Below, piece by piece: positions 63,301 through 64,000 of a stretch of DNA of 64,000 bases. The notes below the pieces were generated by a model. That model was not told the origin of the DNA, did no database searches, and saw nothing but the letters and a program-made list of their open reading frames with translations. The stretch is from Lama glama (lineage: Eukaryota), in the NCBI GenBank assembly GCA_028534125.1, contig CM052818.1, forward strand, positions 1,118,001-1,182,000, read 5' to 3'. The translations under genes were made by a program, and so were the position numbers. Each line of letters starts with the position of its first letter. The stretch's first letter is position 1.

Positions 63301-64000
63301 CACAAGCACTTCAGAGGTAAACTTGGGAGGTTCACGTGGGTCCCTGAAGCCCAAGACTTGGCCAGTGTCGAGATCAGGCAATTTGTCTTGACTTAAACCA
63401 AAAAAGCAAAGTCACTGAGTGTAGGTCTTAGGTGATATTTGGGCGTTACGAATAATAGATTCTCACCTGTACAACCAGACTTGGCCATATGTGTGCATTT
63501 GTTCATTCATTCACTCGTTCAACAAATACTCATTAGACATCTATGTTTAATTCAATAGCGTAAACATAGTGTAAGTTTTGCTTTGTGGGGGCCCAGAGAT
63601 AACATACAAATTTCCCTAACCTGTCTTTGTAAAGTACTTCAGGCCTTTGAACTGGTTTTTATTTAATTCTCACAAAATTCCTATTGGCTGGATAAGATGT
63701 GAAGGAGCTGGGTTAATTGGGTGGAAGTGAAGGTGCTCCTTTTGTTTGCTGATTTTTTTTTTATTGTTTCCCCGCCCACCAATGATGAAAAGACGCATGT
63801 CCACGGTTAAAAAGAACACAGAAATATTTAGGAAGAATATGAGGAAGTATTGTGTAACCTGACCTCCAGGGACACCTGCGTGCTGTGTTACAAGTGTTTT
63901 CACGGCTGGAGATACGATTATGTATGTGTGTTTGCGTATATGGATAGGTCATATGTATGGATGTGCATCGTATATCAAATATATGGTGAGTTTTTTTCTT

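Noticed and set aside
48110..64000. Absence of SFXN5 exon 7 (expected VVGLLLPNQT-like peptide)
   Set aside because: Not found by eye, but intron 6 may simply extend past the window end, so this cannot be scored as an exon deletion.

Overview
Mammalian genomic DNA, probably camelid, since it carries three tRNA-Ala-derived SINEs resembling the camelid vic-1 family. On the + strand it holds the last two coding exons and 3' UTR of RAB11FIP5 (1-~2555), then a CpG-island promoter and coding exons 1-6 of SFXN5 (sideroflexin-5; 4026-48109, gene continues past the window). Introns are filled with L1, L2, MIR, MaLR/ERV LTR and DNA-transposon remnants, and there is one 100-N assembly gap. Main observation: SFXN5 looks decayed. 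Exon 2 is 68 nt instead of a frame-preserving 69 nt, and the sideroflexin HPDT and RMS motifs read HQDT and RTS, while splice sites and promoter are intact. This suggests a lineage-specific unitary pseudogene or relaxed selection, but an assembly error in a C-run is not excluded. Second is a compact POU-octamer/RFX/SOX motif cluster in intron 3 that resembles a neural/glial enhancer. Human-protein comparisons and repeat-family names are from memory, not from a search. Almost all ORFs in the supplied track are spurious.
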